Source: a virus
Taxonomy: Duplodnaviria > Heunggongvirae > Uroviricota > Caudoviricetes
Strand: one strand, 5' to 3'
DNA length: 64,000 nt
IMG/VR virus record: IMGVR_UViG_3300035210_000151
The position numbers and the translations under genes are program-made. Of the stretch, positions 20,364 to 29,756 are shown piece by piece (the first letter of the stretch is position 1; each line of letters opens with the position of its first letter). The notes beneath the pieces were generated by a model. The model worked only from the letters and a program-made list of their open reading frames with translations. It was not told where the DNA came from and did not search any database.

Positions 20364-20996
20364 TTATCTTAAAAAGTTATAAGCGACTTGTATATTTTTT
20401 AAATTTAATTCTTTGACAATAGTAGCATAATTAATGAGATTGATCAATTCATTAATCTCAATATCTTCAAACATGATTCCATTGATTTTAAATGATCTTT
20501 TATTAAAGTGATGTAAGTGTTCAACGCTCAAAAGAACGCCATTAGAATTAACATTTAAATAACTACCATCCTTATCTTCTTCAACGTATAAAGAAATGAT
20601 GTTATCCAGTTTGTAGTAAGGTTGAAATTGACTAAACTTATTACTTCTATGTTCAATTTCATTTAATTCAAGCATTGCGAGACGGTGCTGGTAATATGTT
20701 TCTTTGGGTTGGTTACAATAAAGGCTTTCATCATATCCGGGGATGTTGTGTATATAATTGTTTAATTTTTTGGCTTCTGGATTTTCATTGACGAATTTTA
20801 TCAGGTCATTTAAATCTGTACTTTCTGGGTATTTATTTTTGTTTTCCAATTCACAAAAAACAGCCACTAATAATCTACCAATTGTACAATCGTTATCTTT
20901 TTTATTAACTAAAAATATATCATAGTATTTCTTACTGTCATAAAATTTACAAATATCCATTTTGTTTTTAATAGTAATAAATTCATGTTTGTACAT
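20364..20996 (-). CDS. family C paralogue
   Basis: FCEL..KYPES..LNNYIHNIPGY..YQHRLAMLEL. Confidence 0.75.
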   Translation of the reverse strand: MYKHEFITIKNKMDICKFYDSKKYYDIFLVNKKDNDCTIGRLLVAVFCELENKNKYPESTDLNDLIKFVNENPEAKKLNNYIHNIPGYDESLYCNQPKETYYQHRLAMLELNEIEHRSNKFSQFQPYYKLDNIISLYVEEDKDGSYLNVNSNGVLLSVEHLHHFNKRSFKINGIMFEDIEINELINLINYATIVKELNLKNIQVAYNFLR

Positions 20997-20998
20997 AA

Positions 20999-21535
20999 CT
21001 ACCTCAATATCGACAATATTTCATTAAATCGTTTATTATCCAGTTTATAATTCAATTTGTAGTTTGAAATGAAAATTTCAAAATCACTGGCCCGTTTAAA
21101 CGTCAGTTTACCTCTGTTCTTTTTCCGTTCTATGAACCCACCCAAATAGCGTATGGTATTAATTTCAGTCAATTTATAATACATTTTATCGCCGTTCTCA
21201 TATTCAATAATGATAATAGCCGTATTCATTTTTATCTTTAATCCATCATAAACAAAATCATGTGCCCGATGTTTTAATAATGACTGCATAAGTTTTTCAT
21301 GTTTTTCTGCTGTTGTCATGTCTAGGTATTTTCTTAACTCTCTATTGTCCACAATGTTGTATGTTTTATCAGACAGCTTAATGAGATCGTCATAACGTAA
21401 CGATTTGGGTGACATGGGATGACTGGTTATCATTTTCATGAATGACCATTCTGCTTTCATATTGATACCGAAGAGTTTCAACACTTCAAAATAGGTCAGT
21501 AAGCTTTTATTTCTTCGGTAACTGTAATCTAGCAT
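20999..21535 (-). CDS. hypothetical protein, possible diverged family C member
   Basis: LRKYLD..EKH..LMQSL; ends ILR like family C. Confidence 0.65.
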   Translation of the reverse strand: MLDYSYRRNKSLLTYFEVLKLFGINMKAEWSFMKMITSHPMSPKSLRYDDLIKLSDKTYNIVDNRELRKYLDMTTAEKHEKLMQSLLKHRAHDFVYDGLKIKMNTAIIIIEYENGDKMYYKLTEINTIRYLGGFIERKKNRGKLTFKRASDFEIFISNYKLNYKLDNKRFNEILSILR

Positions 21536-21556
21536 TATGTCATCCTTTAATGTTGG

Positions 21557-22165
21557 TTAAAATTTAATCATCTCTAATACATCTGTTGTGAACTCAGAGT
21601 ATTCATCAATGTTATTCATGTAAGTAAAAATTTCTTCTGATGTATCGAAAAAATAGTTTTTAAAACAGGTTGTTCTCTTTTTATCTTTATTGTAAATATG
21701 AAGCAATCTAAATTTATCTTCATATTTTAATAAGGTGACTTTATGTATACCACATTCAATAACGACAACATCGTCTGAATATTTTACACCCGTGCATTGT
21801 CTAGCCAGTCCTTTGTTGGTAGGAAGTTCAATTTGTATCAGCAAGGCTATAATTTGAATAGTTTCGTCAATAAGCTTGTCATTCAAAATATTGCCTAGAT
21901 TTTGACAAGATGTTTTATTATTTACCGCATCATTGATAATATGGTCAATTTCTCCACCATCTAATACCTTTAATAAATCAAATACAGTTTTATTGAATAA
22001 TCTTTTTGATTCATAAACAGATTCGAAAATAGCAATAGCGAGTAAGGCTTTGTTATTATCATTATTCATCAGATGATCATTTACGATGTTGATATTTTCA
22101 TACCATTTTTCCATCATCTTTTTGAATGCCCCATGATCTTTAATCTTTCTAGCTCTTGTGCTCAT
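21557..22165 (-). CDS. hypothetical protein, M-x-x-F tail
   Basis: RBS GGAG before ATG 22165; ends DVLEMIKF. Confidence 0.75.
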   Translation of the reverse strand: MSTRARKIKDHGAFKKMMEKWYENINIVNDHLMNNDNNKALLAIAIFESVYESKRLFNKTVFDLLKVLDGGEIDHIINDAVNNKTSCQNLGNILNDKLIDETIQIIALLIQIELPTNKGLARQCTGVKYSDDVVVIECGIHKVTLLKYEDKFRLLHIYNKDKKRTTCFKNYFFDTSEEIFTYMNNIDEYSEFTTDVLEMIKF

Positions 22166-22232
22166 TAAGATCTCCATATACAGAATAAAATTTTGTCTAT
22201 ATTATCACATTATCTTAAAAATATCAACTTAA

Positions 22233-22261
22233 TTGACTGTACCTCAACCCTATGATATAAT
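22233..22261 (+). promoter_or_regulatory. near-consensus sigma70 promoter
   Basis: TTGACT-N17-TATAAT with extended TG. Confidence 0.75.
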
Positions 22262-22290
22262 CCCTATTCAATCAACAGAGTTCATAAACT

Positions 22291-22806
22291 ATGACCGATA
22301 TTCATGGAAATCTTTCTCGTTTAGCCTGCTTTTTTAATGGTTACTATGAGAAGCGTGACGATAAATTTGAGAAAGATGTTATTGCAAGCTATTGCAATGA
22401 TGATATTTTCTGTGGCCTTTTTTTAAGTCATCTTAAAGTTATTGTGCATATTGATGAACGTGGTCGTGAAAGTGTTCCACGTCACCTTGAAAAAGATGAC
22501 CTTGAAACCTATATGTCTATTGTGAATGATTCTTACTTGTATGTTGTTCAGGAGTGTGGTGAGTTCAAACCTTATCATGGTGGTGGTGAAGAAGGTGTTC
22601 ATCTTCCGCATATTGAGAAAATCATTACAAAGAATTTTCCTGCAATATTGTATGTTGATGCTTTAAAAATGATTAAAGAAATCAATGCCATTACTAACTA
22701 TGGTTATTACGAAGTGCATGACTACTACACAGATGATGTCTATTACCAGTATAAGTATATTAAAATTGAAGAATTGATAAAAGTATTGGAGAAATACATA
22801 AAATGA
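22291..22806 (+). CDS. phage-type hypothetical protein
   Basis: 171 aa, follows the promoter, overlaps the next start by 4 nt. Confidence 0.75.
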   Translation: MTDIHGNLSRLACFFNGYYEKRDDKFEKDVIASYCNDDIFCGLFLSHLKVIVHIDERGRESVPRHLEKDDLETYMSIVNDSYLYVVQECGEFKPYHGGGEEGVHLPHIEKIITKNFPAILYVDALKMIKEINAITNYGYYEVHDYYTDDVYYQYKYIKIEELIKVLEKYIK

Positions 22807-23261
22807 GCGACCCTATTGAAGACGAAAAAACTGAAAAAATCAGTAACATCACTGATCTTATTTTTATTTCGCTGGCCGCAGTCGCTTATATGTTTCATGT
22901 ACAATATCCTGCATTGTCGAATTTTTTGGCGACGTTCATTGGTGCTACCTTTATTGTCTTTTGTCTACCTCATTTTTACATGATGTGGCGTGAAAAAACA
23001 GTGCTTAATTATCATTTTTTGAAATACATTCTGACCACTTATGAGCATCGTGTAAGCTTTGTCCTCAGAAACACTATTGTTTATTTTATCTACTATTATA
23101 TTTGGTCGTTCAACCAAAATGATGCCTACTTTATTGGATTGAGCACTGTAGTTGCATTTGATTTGATTATTTTAGCGAATATTATCAGTTCAAGACGTAT
23201 TGAAAAACTAAAGGTTCGTTTTGCGGCCATGCCACCACCTGTCACAACTGAAAAAGAATAA
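22803..23261 (+). CDS. membrane protein, about 4 TM
   Basis: Hydrophobic segments, translational coupling. Confidence 0.75.
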   Translation: MSDPIEDEKTEKISNITDLIFISLAAVAYMFHVQYPALSNFLATFIGATFIVFCLPHFYMMWREKTVLNYHFLKYILTTYEHRVSFVLRNTIVYFIYYYIWSFNQNDAYFIGLSTVVAFDLIILANIISSRRIEKLKVRFAAMPPPVTTEKE

Positions 23262-23278
23262 TTAAATGACAAAAGAAT

Positions 23279-23301
23279 GGAGCTTCGGCTCCTTTTTTTT
23301 T
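23279..23301 (+). terminator. intrinsic terminator
   Basis: GGAGC-ttcg-GCTCC followed by a T-run. Confidence 0.8.
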
Positions 23302-23390
23302 ACTTTTTTTCGAAAAAACTTATTTTTGGAATTGAATGAAAAAAAGCTTATGGTACAATGTTTTTTATTAGTTAATAGAAGGAACTTATA

Positions 23391-23987
23391 ATGGCAAAAT
23401 TGTATTTTAGGCACGCGGTAATGAATTCTGGTAAAAGTTTGGCTCTACTTCAAGTAAATCACAACTATGTATCAATCGGTAAAAAAACTGTTTTATTCTC
23501 ACATAAATTAGATGATAGATTTGGTGAAAATGTTATTGCGTCAAGGCTGGGTGTATCGGCTGACAGTGTTGCAGTGTTTGAAGACCTTAATTTATTTGAC
23601 CATGTAAAATCAAGAATTGAAGCGGGTGAACCGATTGCTTGTGTTCTTTGTGATGAAGTCCAATTCTACACAGATCTACAAATAGAACAACTCTCAGACA
23701 TCGTAGACTTCCTTAACGTTCCTGTGATTTGTTACGGTTTAAAATTATCCGCTTTTGGTGAACTTTTTGGTGCAGCTAAGCGTCTAATCGAACTGGCTGA
23801 TGAAATAGAAGAATTAAAGCATGTCTGCTGGTGTGCAAAACGTGCTACCATGATTATTCGTCATGATGAACATGGTAATGTCATAAAGTCAGGTAACCTT
23901 GTTGATGTAGGTGCTGAAAGCAAATATCGCTCAGTCTGCCGAAAACACTGGAAACTTGGTATTTACGAAGCCCCAAAAGACGAGTAA
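23391..23987 (+). CDS. tdk: thymidine kinase
   Basis: P-loop AVMNSGKS, Walker B LCDEVQF, VICYGL, Zn site CWC...CRKH. Confidence 0.93.
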   Translation: MAKLYFRHAVMNSGKSLALLQVNHNYVSIGKKTVLFSHKLDDRFGENVIASRLGVSADSVAVFEDLNLFDHVKSRIEAGEPIACVLCDEVQFYTDLQIEQLSDIVDFLNVPVICYGLKLSAFGELFGAAKRLIELADEIEELKHVCWCAKRATMIIRHDEHGNVIKSGNLVDVGAESKYRSVCRKHWKLGIYEAPKDE

Positions 23988-24044
23988 ACCTTTCAATTTT
24001 CGTTCTCTTATGATATAATGTTGAAAATCTACGGAGAACACAAC

Positions 24045-24872
24045 ATGTCTAAAATGATGCTTGTTAACAAACAATTTCTTGCTGCTGTTTTTGGTTTGAG
24101 CTACCTTGTTAAAGGGAGTAGTTCCAGACATGAGCATCACATTTTGGAAGTGTTGGATCAGCCATATATCTTCAATAGCGATGATTGTGATGAAGATGAT
24201 CCAGAAGTTCCTAATACTTCTTTGGTTGAACAGCCATATGGTTACAATCATTCTAGCCCACAATCTGCTTATGCCGACCTTTTGTCGAAAAACAAGTCTG
24301 TCTTGAATGATAAAATTTCTCGATTTGAAACTGAAAATCTTAAATTTGGTAATAAGGTTCTGTTGCTTCGTCATTCCCTTGGTCTGTTGCCAGAAAGACG
24401 AATGGCGACCATTACTCGTAAACTGAACGAAGTTGAAGAATTTAAAAAGTTGGTTAAATCTACACCTAATTTGAAAGATATTCTTGTTTTACTTGAAGAT
24501 GAATATTACATTGTTGATGGGTTCATCAAACCAAACCAAACGTGTTATGTGTTTGAAAAAGCTCACAGTATTCACTTTTCAAGTGCTATCCATGAAGTGA
24601 CTGCTGTTAAAGTAGGTGTAAACCCCGTTAAAGGTGAGAAAAAAGAAGATAATAAGGTTTACATGAGCATCACTTTGCAAGGTATTAAGGAGCCTAAGCG
24701 TTTTAATATCGTCTGGTCTGATTTCAGTGATTTCAACGGTGATTACTTCAAAACTGGCACTACAGGTCAATTTGTGTTCACTGATAAAGACAAGTGCCTT
24801 GCTTTTGCAAAAGAGATGTTGAGCAAAGACATTGAAAAATTGCAAAACAACATGAATACCCTTACGGTGTAA
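24045..24872 (+). CDS. hypothetical protein, paralogue family D
   Basis: C-terminal FNGDYF..FVFTDKDKCLAFAK shared with the next two ORFs. Confidence 0.75.
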   Translation: MSKMMLVNKQFLAAVFGLSYLVKGSSSRHEHHILEVLDQPYIFNSDDCDEDDPEVPNTSLVEQPYGYNHSSPQSAYADLLSKNKSVLNDKISRFETENLKFGNKVLLLRHSLGLLPERRMATITRKLNEVEEFKKLVKSTPNLKDILVLLEDEYYIVDGFIKPNQTCYVFEKAHSIHFSSAIHEVTAVKVGVNPVKGEKKEDNKVYMSITLQGIKEPKRFNIVWSDFSDFNGDYFKTGTTGQFVFTDKDKCLAFAKEMLSKDIEKLQNNMNTLTV

Positions 24873-24940
24873 GGGTGTTTCTTTCATTTTTTATTTAATT
24901 AGTATATAATCCTATCATTCTTAAACTGAGGACTACTCAA

Positions 24941-25684
24941 ATGACTACCAATATCCAGACAGTTCATAGCGTTCCTTCGCATCAATTTTTACATTATTTT
25001 GGATTTCATATTGCCCTCATGAACAGAGGATATGATGGCGAACCTTGCGAGCTGCAGGAAGGCATTGGTAAACATTATGATGACTATGATTGCATTGAGA
25101 AATTTGAAAAGTTGTCAAATGTTGAACATTATCTTAAATTTTATTATAAAGAACGGCTGGATAATTATTCTGCACGATTGAGCAAGATTAAATGGAGCAT
25201 CAGCACTATTTTTAAACAACCTTTTTTTATCTTTGGTTTTTCTCCTAAGTTAAAAAGAAATATCGCAGAACTGAAAACAATTAAGGAACAATATAAAAAA
25301 CTATTGGCTGATCCATTGACATATACGCCCATTAAGAAATTGGATGAACACATTAATGTTCCTAAATATTTAATTGGCGAGCAGGATTATTATTACTATC
25401 CATCGCTTGTGAGAAGTCGGTTGGTTATTCGAAAATTGCACGTTGGTCAACGTATTATTGAAAAAGCTAGTCATTTCCCGCCATACACTCATTGTTTCAG
25501 TTATGATTTTTATGATATTAATGATAAAAACTTCAAATTACATTATTCTTTTTTAAGTCTTTTTACATTTGATGGAATTAAATGGGGTAACGAATTAGGT
25601 AATGATATGTTGTTTCTTTCGGAAGAAGATGCAAAGAATCATGTCACTGAGTTCTACAAAGACCAACTGACTACCATTGCATAA
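24941..25684 (+). CDS. hypothetical protein, paralogue family D
   Basis: C-terminal FDGIKW..LFLSEEDAK. Confidence 0.75.
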   Translation: MTTNIQTVHSVPSHQFLHYFGFHIALMNRGYDGEPCELQEGIGKHYDDYDCIEKFEKLSNVEHYLKFYYKERLDNYSARLSKIKWSISTIFKQPFFIFGFSPKLKRNIAELKTIKEQYKKLLADPLTYTPIKKLDEHINVPKYLIGEQDYYYYPSLVRSRLVIRKLHVGQRIIEKASHFPPYTHCFSYDFYDINDKNFKLHYSFLSLFTFDGIKWGNELGNDMLFLSEEDAKNHVTEFYKDQLTTIA

Positions 25685-25777
25685 TTGATATTCAATTCGG
25701 TATGAAAGATGATTAAACTTGTCTTTCATGTCGTCATCCTGTATAATGCAGTCATTAAACTATTTGAGGCTATCATC

Positions 25778-26623
25778 ATGAAAGAGATCGACAACATTCA
25801 AACTCCAGTAAAAGTTGATATCCGTCAAATTCTCAATACCTATGGCTCTCATTACACGGTTAAGCATAATCGTGATAAAAAAACACTTAAACCTATTTTT
25901 GACTTCAAGCTTTCAATTCATGAAGAAATTGGTGAAAAAGATAAACACAACGAATGGGCACACCAGTATGCAACCTTTGATGATGCCTACAAATCAGCCT
26001 GTAATACTGTTGAGGTCATTAAAAGAGATACGTTGACTCAATATGAAGAACGTGAAGCCAGCTTTTCATGGAAATTTCACAAACTCATGTCAAAACTTGG
26101 TCTGCTGAGTGTTCAAGACAACGATGAATTGAAAGAACATGCTTCTATTGTTGCTCAATTGAAAAAAGATATTGAAGACCTTAAAAATAAAACAGCTAAA
26201 TTTGATGTTGTCTTGTTGAATGGTGAATACAATATGCCATCACATATGCCAGAATTGGGTAAAACGTATTACATGCTTAATATTAATAATTTGGCTAACG
26301 TCAAGCTGACACCGATGAAGTTGATTCCAGAAGAAGTTGCCATTTATGACTATCGTGGTTCGAGTAGCAATGATAAGTTCGCTGATCAATTCGACTTTAA
26401 ATTTAGTCATTACTTTGAAGGCCCAAATGGTGAAAGCACTATGATTGACTCTGACCGCTTGGTTCGTTTTAATGGTCAATACTGGAACTTAGGCATCATG
26501 AATTATTATTTGTTTGTTGATGAAAAAGAAGCCTTGGCATTTGCTAAAAAATGTGCCGAAAATAAAGTAGCGGGAATGCAAGCTGAATTGATTGCAATTG
26601 CGGAATCAATGGCTAAGCTTTAA
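25778..26623 (+). CDS. hypothetical protein, paralogue family D
   Basis: C-terminal FNGQYW..LFVDEKEALAFAK. Confidence 0.75.
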   Translation: MKEIDNIQTPVKVDIRQILNTYGSHYTVKHNRDKKTLKPIFDFKLSIHEEIGEKDKHNEWAHQYATFDDAYKSACNTVEVIKRDTLTQYEEREASFSWKFHKLMSKLGLLSVQDNDELKEHASIVAQLKKDIEDLKNKTAKFDVVLLNGEYNMPSHMPELGKTYYMLNINNLANVKLTPMKLIPEEVAIYDYRGSSSNDKFADQFDFKFSHYFEGPNGESTMIDSDRLVRFNGQYWNLGIMNYYLFVDEKEALAFAKKCAENKVAGMQAELIAIAESMAKL

Positions 26624-26762
26624 TTATACTGTCATAACCCTTAGCCATATTTTGACCGATATGGCTCATTTCATCATAAATTAATGATAACTATTCTTAG
26701 ATTGACTTAATTGCTCATATTTGATATACTTGCCTCATTTAACCAATCAGCAGGTATATCCT

Positions 26763-27218
26763 ATGAGTGTTCAAGTTAACAGTCTTCTTATTTCAACAGC
26801 AGAAATGGTTCAAGATATTAAAAACCTTTTAACCTACGATAGCAATTTTGCCATCTGGACAAAACAAGGTATTAAAAGTCCTGTCTTTATTGTTGATATT
26901 GCCAAACAAGCTGGTTTTAAAGTCTTTGTCATCAATGATATGCGTTATGTAGACAAATTTGAAGCAGATTTAGCAGCGGCAAAACTTGCTGCTCATCCAG
27001 TTGTTGTCGTCTTTCCCAACATTAATAAATTCTTTGATTTTCAATATGCTTATTGGGATGTTTTTATTGAAATGCTGACCCATCGTAAAGTTGGCAATGT
27101 TAAACTGTCTGTAGGTGATTTTATTGTTGCTACTGGCGAGTTGAATAATCAAGGTAATTTTTTCGATACTGTCCCTTCTAAAATTACAGAGCGTTTGCTC
27201 AATTATCGAATTATCTAA
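26763..27218 (+). CDS. degenerate MoxR/AAA_5-like ATPase (pseudo-ATPase)
   Basis: FAIWTKQGIKS (broken Walker A), VVVFPNIN (broken Walker B), RKVGNVKL..IVATG. Confidence 0.55.
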   Translation: MSVQVNSLLISTAEMVQDIKNLLTYDSNFAIWTKQGIKSPVFIVDIAKQAGFKVFVINDMRYVDKFEADLAAAKLAAHPVVVVFPNINKFFDFQYAYWDVFIEMLTHRKVGNVKLSVGDFIVATGELNNQGNFFDTVPSKITERLLNYRII

Positions 27219-27229
27219 ACATTATAGTG

Positions 27230-27264
27230 TTGACGTTGTGGGCCGTATTTGTTATAATATGGCC
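27230..27264 (+). promoter_or_regulatory. sigma70 promoter with an inverted repeat around -10
   Basis: TTGACG-N17-TATAAT; arms GGCCGTATT and AATATGGCC. Confidence 0.65.
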
Positions 27265-27294
27265 TTAAATCACTAAACCATTAAGGTAAATGAC

Positions 27295-27828
27295 ATGAAT
27301 ACTCAAGTAGAACGTTCGATTGTTTCAGCACAAACTCTGACACCTATTTTGAAGCCATTGATTGCAACCCAGCTTAACTTCCTTGTTTGGTCTAAACAGA
27401 ATGTTGAAATTTATGATGGTATGATTGATGCTGTTTCTCAGGCTGGCTTTTATGTCATTGTACTTAAAAATGTTGCAGACATTGCACGAAAAATTCGTGA
27501 AGCTCAACACAATGCTCTTATTAACGATGAGCCTATTGAATTGATTGATGATGAATTGGTTAATGAAGTTTTGACTGCAAAAGCGGCTGGTAAGAAAGTG
27601 GCTGTTATGTTTCATGAAGTAGAACGTTTCTCAGAGGAAGCATTACTTTTCTTGGCTTTCGCATTAACTGATAAACGCATTGCTCATGTTGAACTCGACA
27701 AAAATGATTTGATTTTTGCCACAGGAAACATGAATGATAAAGGCAATCCAGACTTTCCAGAAAATATTTACCGAAGCAGTCGGTTTGATATGGTATCTGC
27801 ACGTTTTATGAATTACAGATACGAATAA
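27295..27828 (+). CDS. degenerate MoxR/AAA_5-like ATPase, paralogue of the previous gene
   Basis: NFLVWSKQ, VMFHEVER, DKRIAHVEL..IFATGN..SARF. Confidence 0.55.
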   Translation: MNTQVERSIVSAQTLTPILKPLIATQLNFLVWSKQNVEIYDGMIDAVSQAGFYVIVLKNVADIARKIREAQHNALINDEPIELIDDELVNEVLTAKAAGKKVAVMFHEVERFSEEALLFLAFALTDKRIAHVELDKNDLIFATGNMNDKGNPDFPENIYRSSRFDMVSARFMNYRYE

Positions 27829-27900
27829 TACTTGTTGATTTTGTGTTAAACTTTTGATACAATAATGGTTCATAAATAGTATTACTACCGAGGATTTAAA

Positions 27901-28545
27901 ATGAAAATTCGTATTCTTTCCGCTGTTCTGTTGGCTGCATCTGTTCTGTTGGGTGGTTGCACAACAAATCCCTACTCAGGTGAAAAGCAAATGGCTAAAT
28001 CTGCCAAATATGGTACCATTGCTGCAGTAACGGGTGGTGTCATTGGTGCTCTTGTCGGTGGTGAGAAAGGTGCTTATATTGGTGCCGGTCTAGGTGCAAT
28101 GACAGGTGGTGGTTATGGCTACTACACTGATGTGCAAGAAAAGAAACTGCGTGAACAAATTCAAGCCAGTAACGCTGAAATGGAGCTGTCTCGAACCAAA
28201 GACAATCGCCTGATGATTACCATGCCGGGTGATATTTCGTTCATGTCGGGTAGTGCTGACATTAATCCATCCAATTATCAAGCTCTCACAGTAATTGCGA
28301 ATGAAGTCAGAACCAACAACATGACCATGATGATTGTGGGTCATACTGACAACACTGGATCTGTCGCATTGAATGACTCACTGTCAAAAGCTCGGGCTAA
28401 TTCAGTGGCGAGTTACATGTATGCCCAAGGCGTTCCATTTGGGGCTGTAAAAACGGAAGGTCTGTCATTCCACCAACCCGTGGCTTCGAATAGCACACCT
28501 GATGGTCGAGCTAAGAACCGCCGTGTTGAAATCATTCTGCAGTAA
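27901..28545 (+). CDS. OmpA-family lipoprotein (YiaD-like)
   Basis: Lipobox LLGGC, glycine zipper, GHTDNTG..LS..RA..V, NRRVEI. Confidence 0.92.
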   Translation: MKIRILSAVLLAASVLLGGCTTNPYSGEKQMAKSAKYGTIAAVTGGVIGALVGGEKGAYIGAGLGAMTGGGYGYYTDVQEKKLREQIQASNAEMELSRTKDNRLMITMPGDISFMSGSADINPSNYQALTVIANEVRTNNMTMMIVGHTDNTGSVALNDSLSKARANSVASYMYAQGVPFGAVKTEGLSFHQPVASNSTPDGRAKNRRVEIILQ

Positions 28546-28556
28546 TTCATTCATTT

Positions 28557-28581
28557 AAAAAGCCTCTTGATAGAGGCTTTT
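28557..28581 (+). terminator. intrinsic terminator
   Basis: AAAAGCCTCT-tgat-AGAGGCTTTT. Confidence 0.7.
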
Positions 28582-28603
28582 ATCATTCTTGTCGAGGTAT
28601 TAT

Positions 28604-29008
28604 ATGAAAGTGGTTAAAGAAAAAAATGGTGATATTAGTGTCATTGATGATGGCAATCCATTGGTATTCGGCTTCCGTCAGTTTTCTAAAACACGTTATT
28701 ACGATGTCCTTAAAGACCAGTTTGACTGCATTGATCAAATGCATATTGGTATGTATTATTATCTGGATGGTGGTTGCGATTATGAATTCAAAGTCGAATG
28801 GATTCTTCAAGGCAACAATGTAGCCGTCTACATTCGTCTTTTTGATGATTGTTGGAAATACATGGATGATATTCTTCCTATTATGAATATGCTCAAATCC
28901 TTTGATGGTAAAGTGCCTACACCTAATGAGTTCAAGGAGAAACTGCTTGCACTTGGTCTTAGTGATCTCAGCATGGCAATGGATACAAACAATAAAAATC
29001 AGGCTTAA
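28604..29008 (+). CDS. phage-type hypothetical protein
   Basis: RBS GAGGT before ATG 28604. Confidence 0.7.
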   Translation: MKVVKEKNGDISVIDDGNPLVFGFRQFSKTRYYDVLKDQFDCIDQMHIGMYYYLDGGCDYEFKVEWILQGNNVAVYIRLFDDCWKYMDDILPIMNMLKSFDGKVPTPNEFKEKLLALGLSDLSMAMDTNNKNQA

Positions 29009-29083
29009 AATCACAAAAACCTTGTCCGAGAGCGGTTTCAATGCTATAATAATCACATATTCAAACACACTAGGAATTTAAAA

Positions 29084-29227
29084 ATGAACGAACTTAACCT
29101 TATCGGCATCGAAGACATTCAATTCATGTGTGATAGCTCAGACACTGCCGCACAAGATATGTTTTCTGTCAACGAACGTGAATTGATGATTGACGATCTT
29201 GAAATTGATGACCTTTGGGCTAAATAA
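29084..29227 (+). CDS. 47-aa highly acidic protein (below the ORF-track cutoff)
   Basis: MNELNLIGIEDIQFMCDSSDTAAQDMFSVNERELMIDDLEIDDLWAK; own promoter TTGTCC(29022)-N17-TATAAT and RBS AGGA. Confidence 0.7.
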   Translation: MNELNLIGIEDIQFMCDSSDTAAQDMFSVNERELMIDDLEIDDLWAK

Positions 29228-29300
29228 CAAAATTCCAGATTGCAAAAAACGCTTTGATTTGCTATAATGGCGACACCTTAAAAAGAACGGAGATTGCACC

Positions 29301-29663
29301 ATGAGCAAACTAGAATCCATCAAGCTTGTTACGTCTGACAACAAGGATACTTTCCACAACAGTGGTAAGCGTCAATTGAAAAAGCTCGCCAAATCACTCG
29401 GTTTGACCGATAAAGAGTTTGAAGTGCGTAGCTGCTATGGTGGTCCAGCCGTAGCCGGTGAAGTGATTTTGCATACTGACAAGTTCTACTTGCAGATCTT
29501 TCAAGAAATCGTTAATGCCAAGGGGCTTCGCATCATGTATCGTGATTGCAAAGGTCGCACTGACTACACGGGTGGTCCAAACCGTTACGAGCGTATTGAG
29601 AACATGTTCAGCGAACGGTTCATTGAATCGCTCAAAAAAATGCAGGCCCGTGAACTTGATTAA
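29301..29663 (+). CDS. phage/plasmid-type hypothetical protein
   Basis: Promoter TTGCAA(29240)-N17-TATAAT, RBS GGAG; motif GGPAVAGEVILH..YRDCKGRTDYTGGPN. Confidence 0.8.
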   Translation: MSKLESIKLVTSDNKDTFHNSGKRQLKKLAKSLGLTDKEFEVRSCYGGPAVAGEVILHTDKFYLQIFQEIVNAKGLRIMYRDCKGRTDYTGGPNRYERIENMFSERFIESLKKMQARELD

Positions 29664-29679
29664 ATCTTGTGATTAAAAG

Positions 29680-29701
29680 AAGCCTCTTCGGAGGCTTTTT
29701 T
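29680..29701 (+). terminator. intrinsic terminator
   Basis: AAGCCTC-ttcg-GAGGCTTTTTT. Confidence 0.8.
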
Positions 29702-29756
29702 GTGCTTGAAGATTGTTGTAAAAAATGTTATTATATATCTCTAATGAGGATAAATT

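Noticed and set aside
25778-26623. C-terminus ESMAKL resembles the M-x-x-I tag
   Set aside because: It ends in L, position -7 is Ala, and its two paralogues lack the motif, so it is probably coincidental. Not counted.
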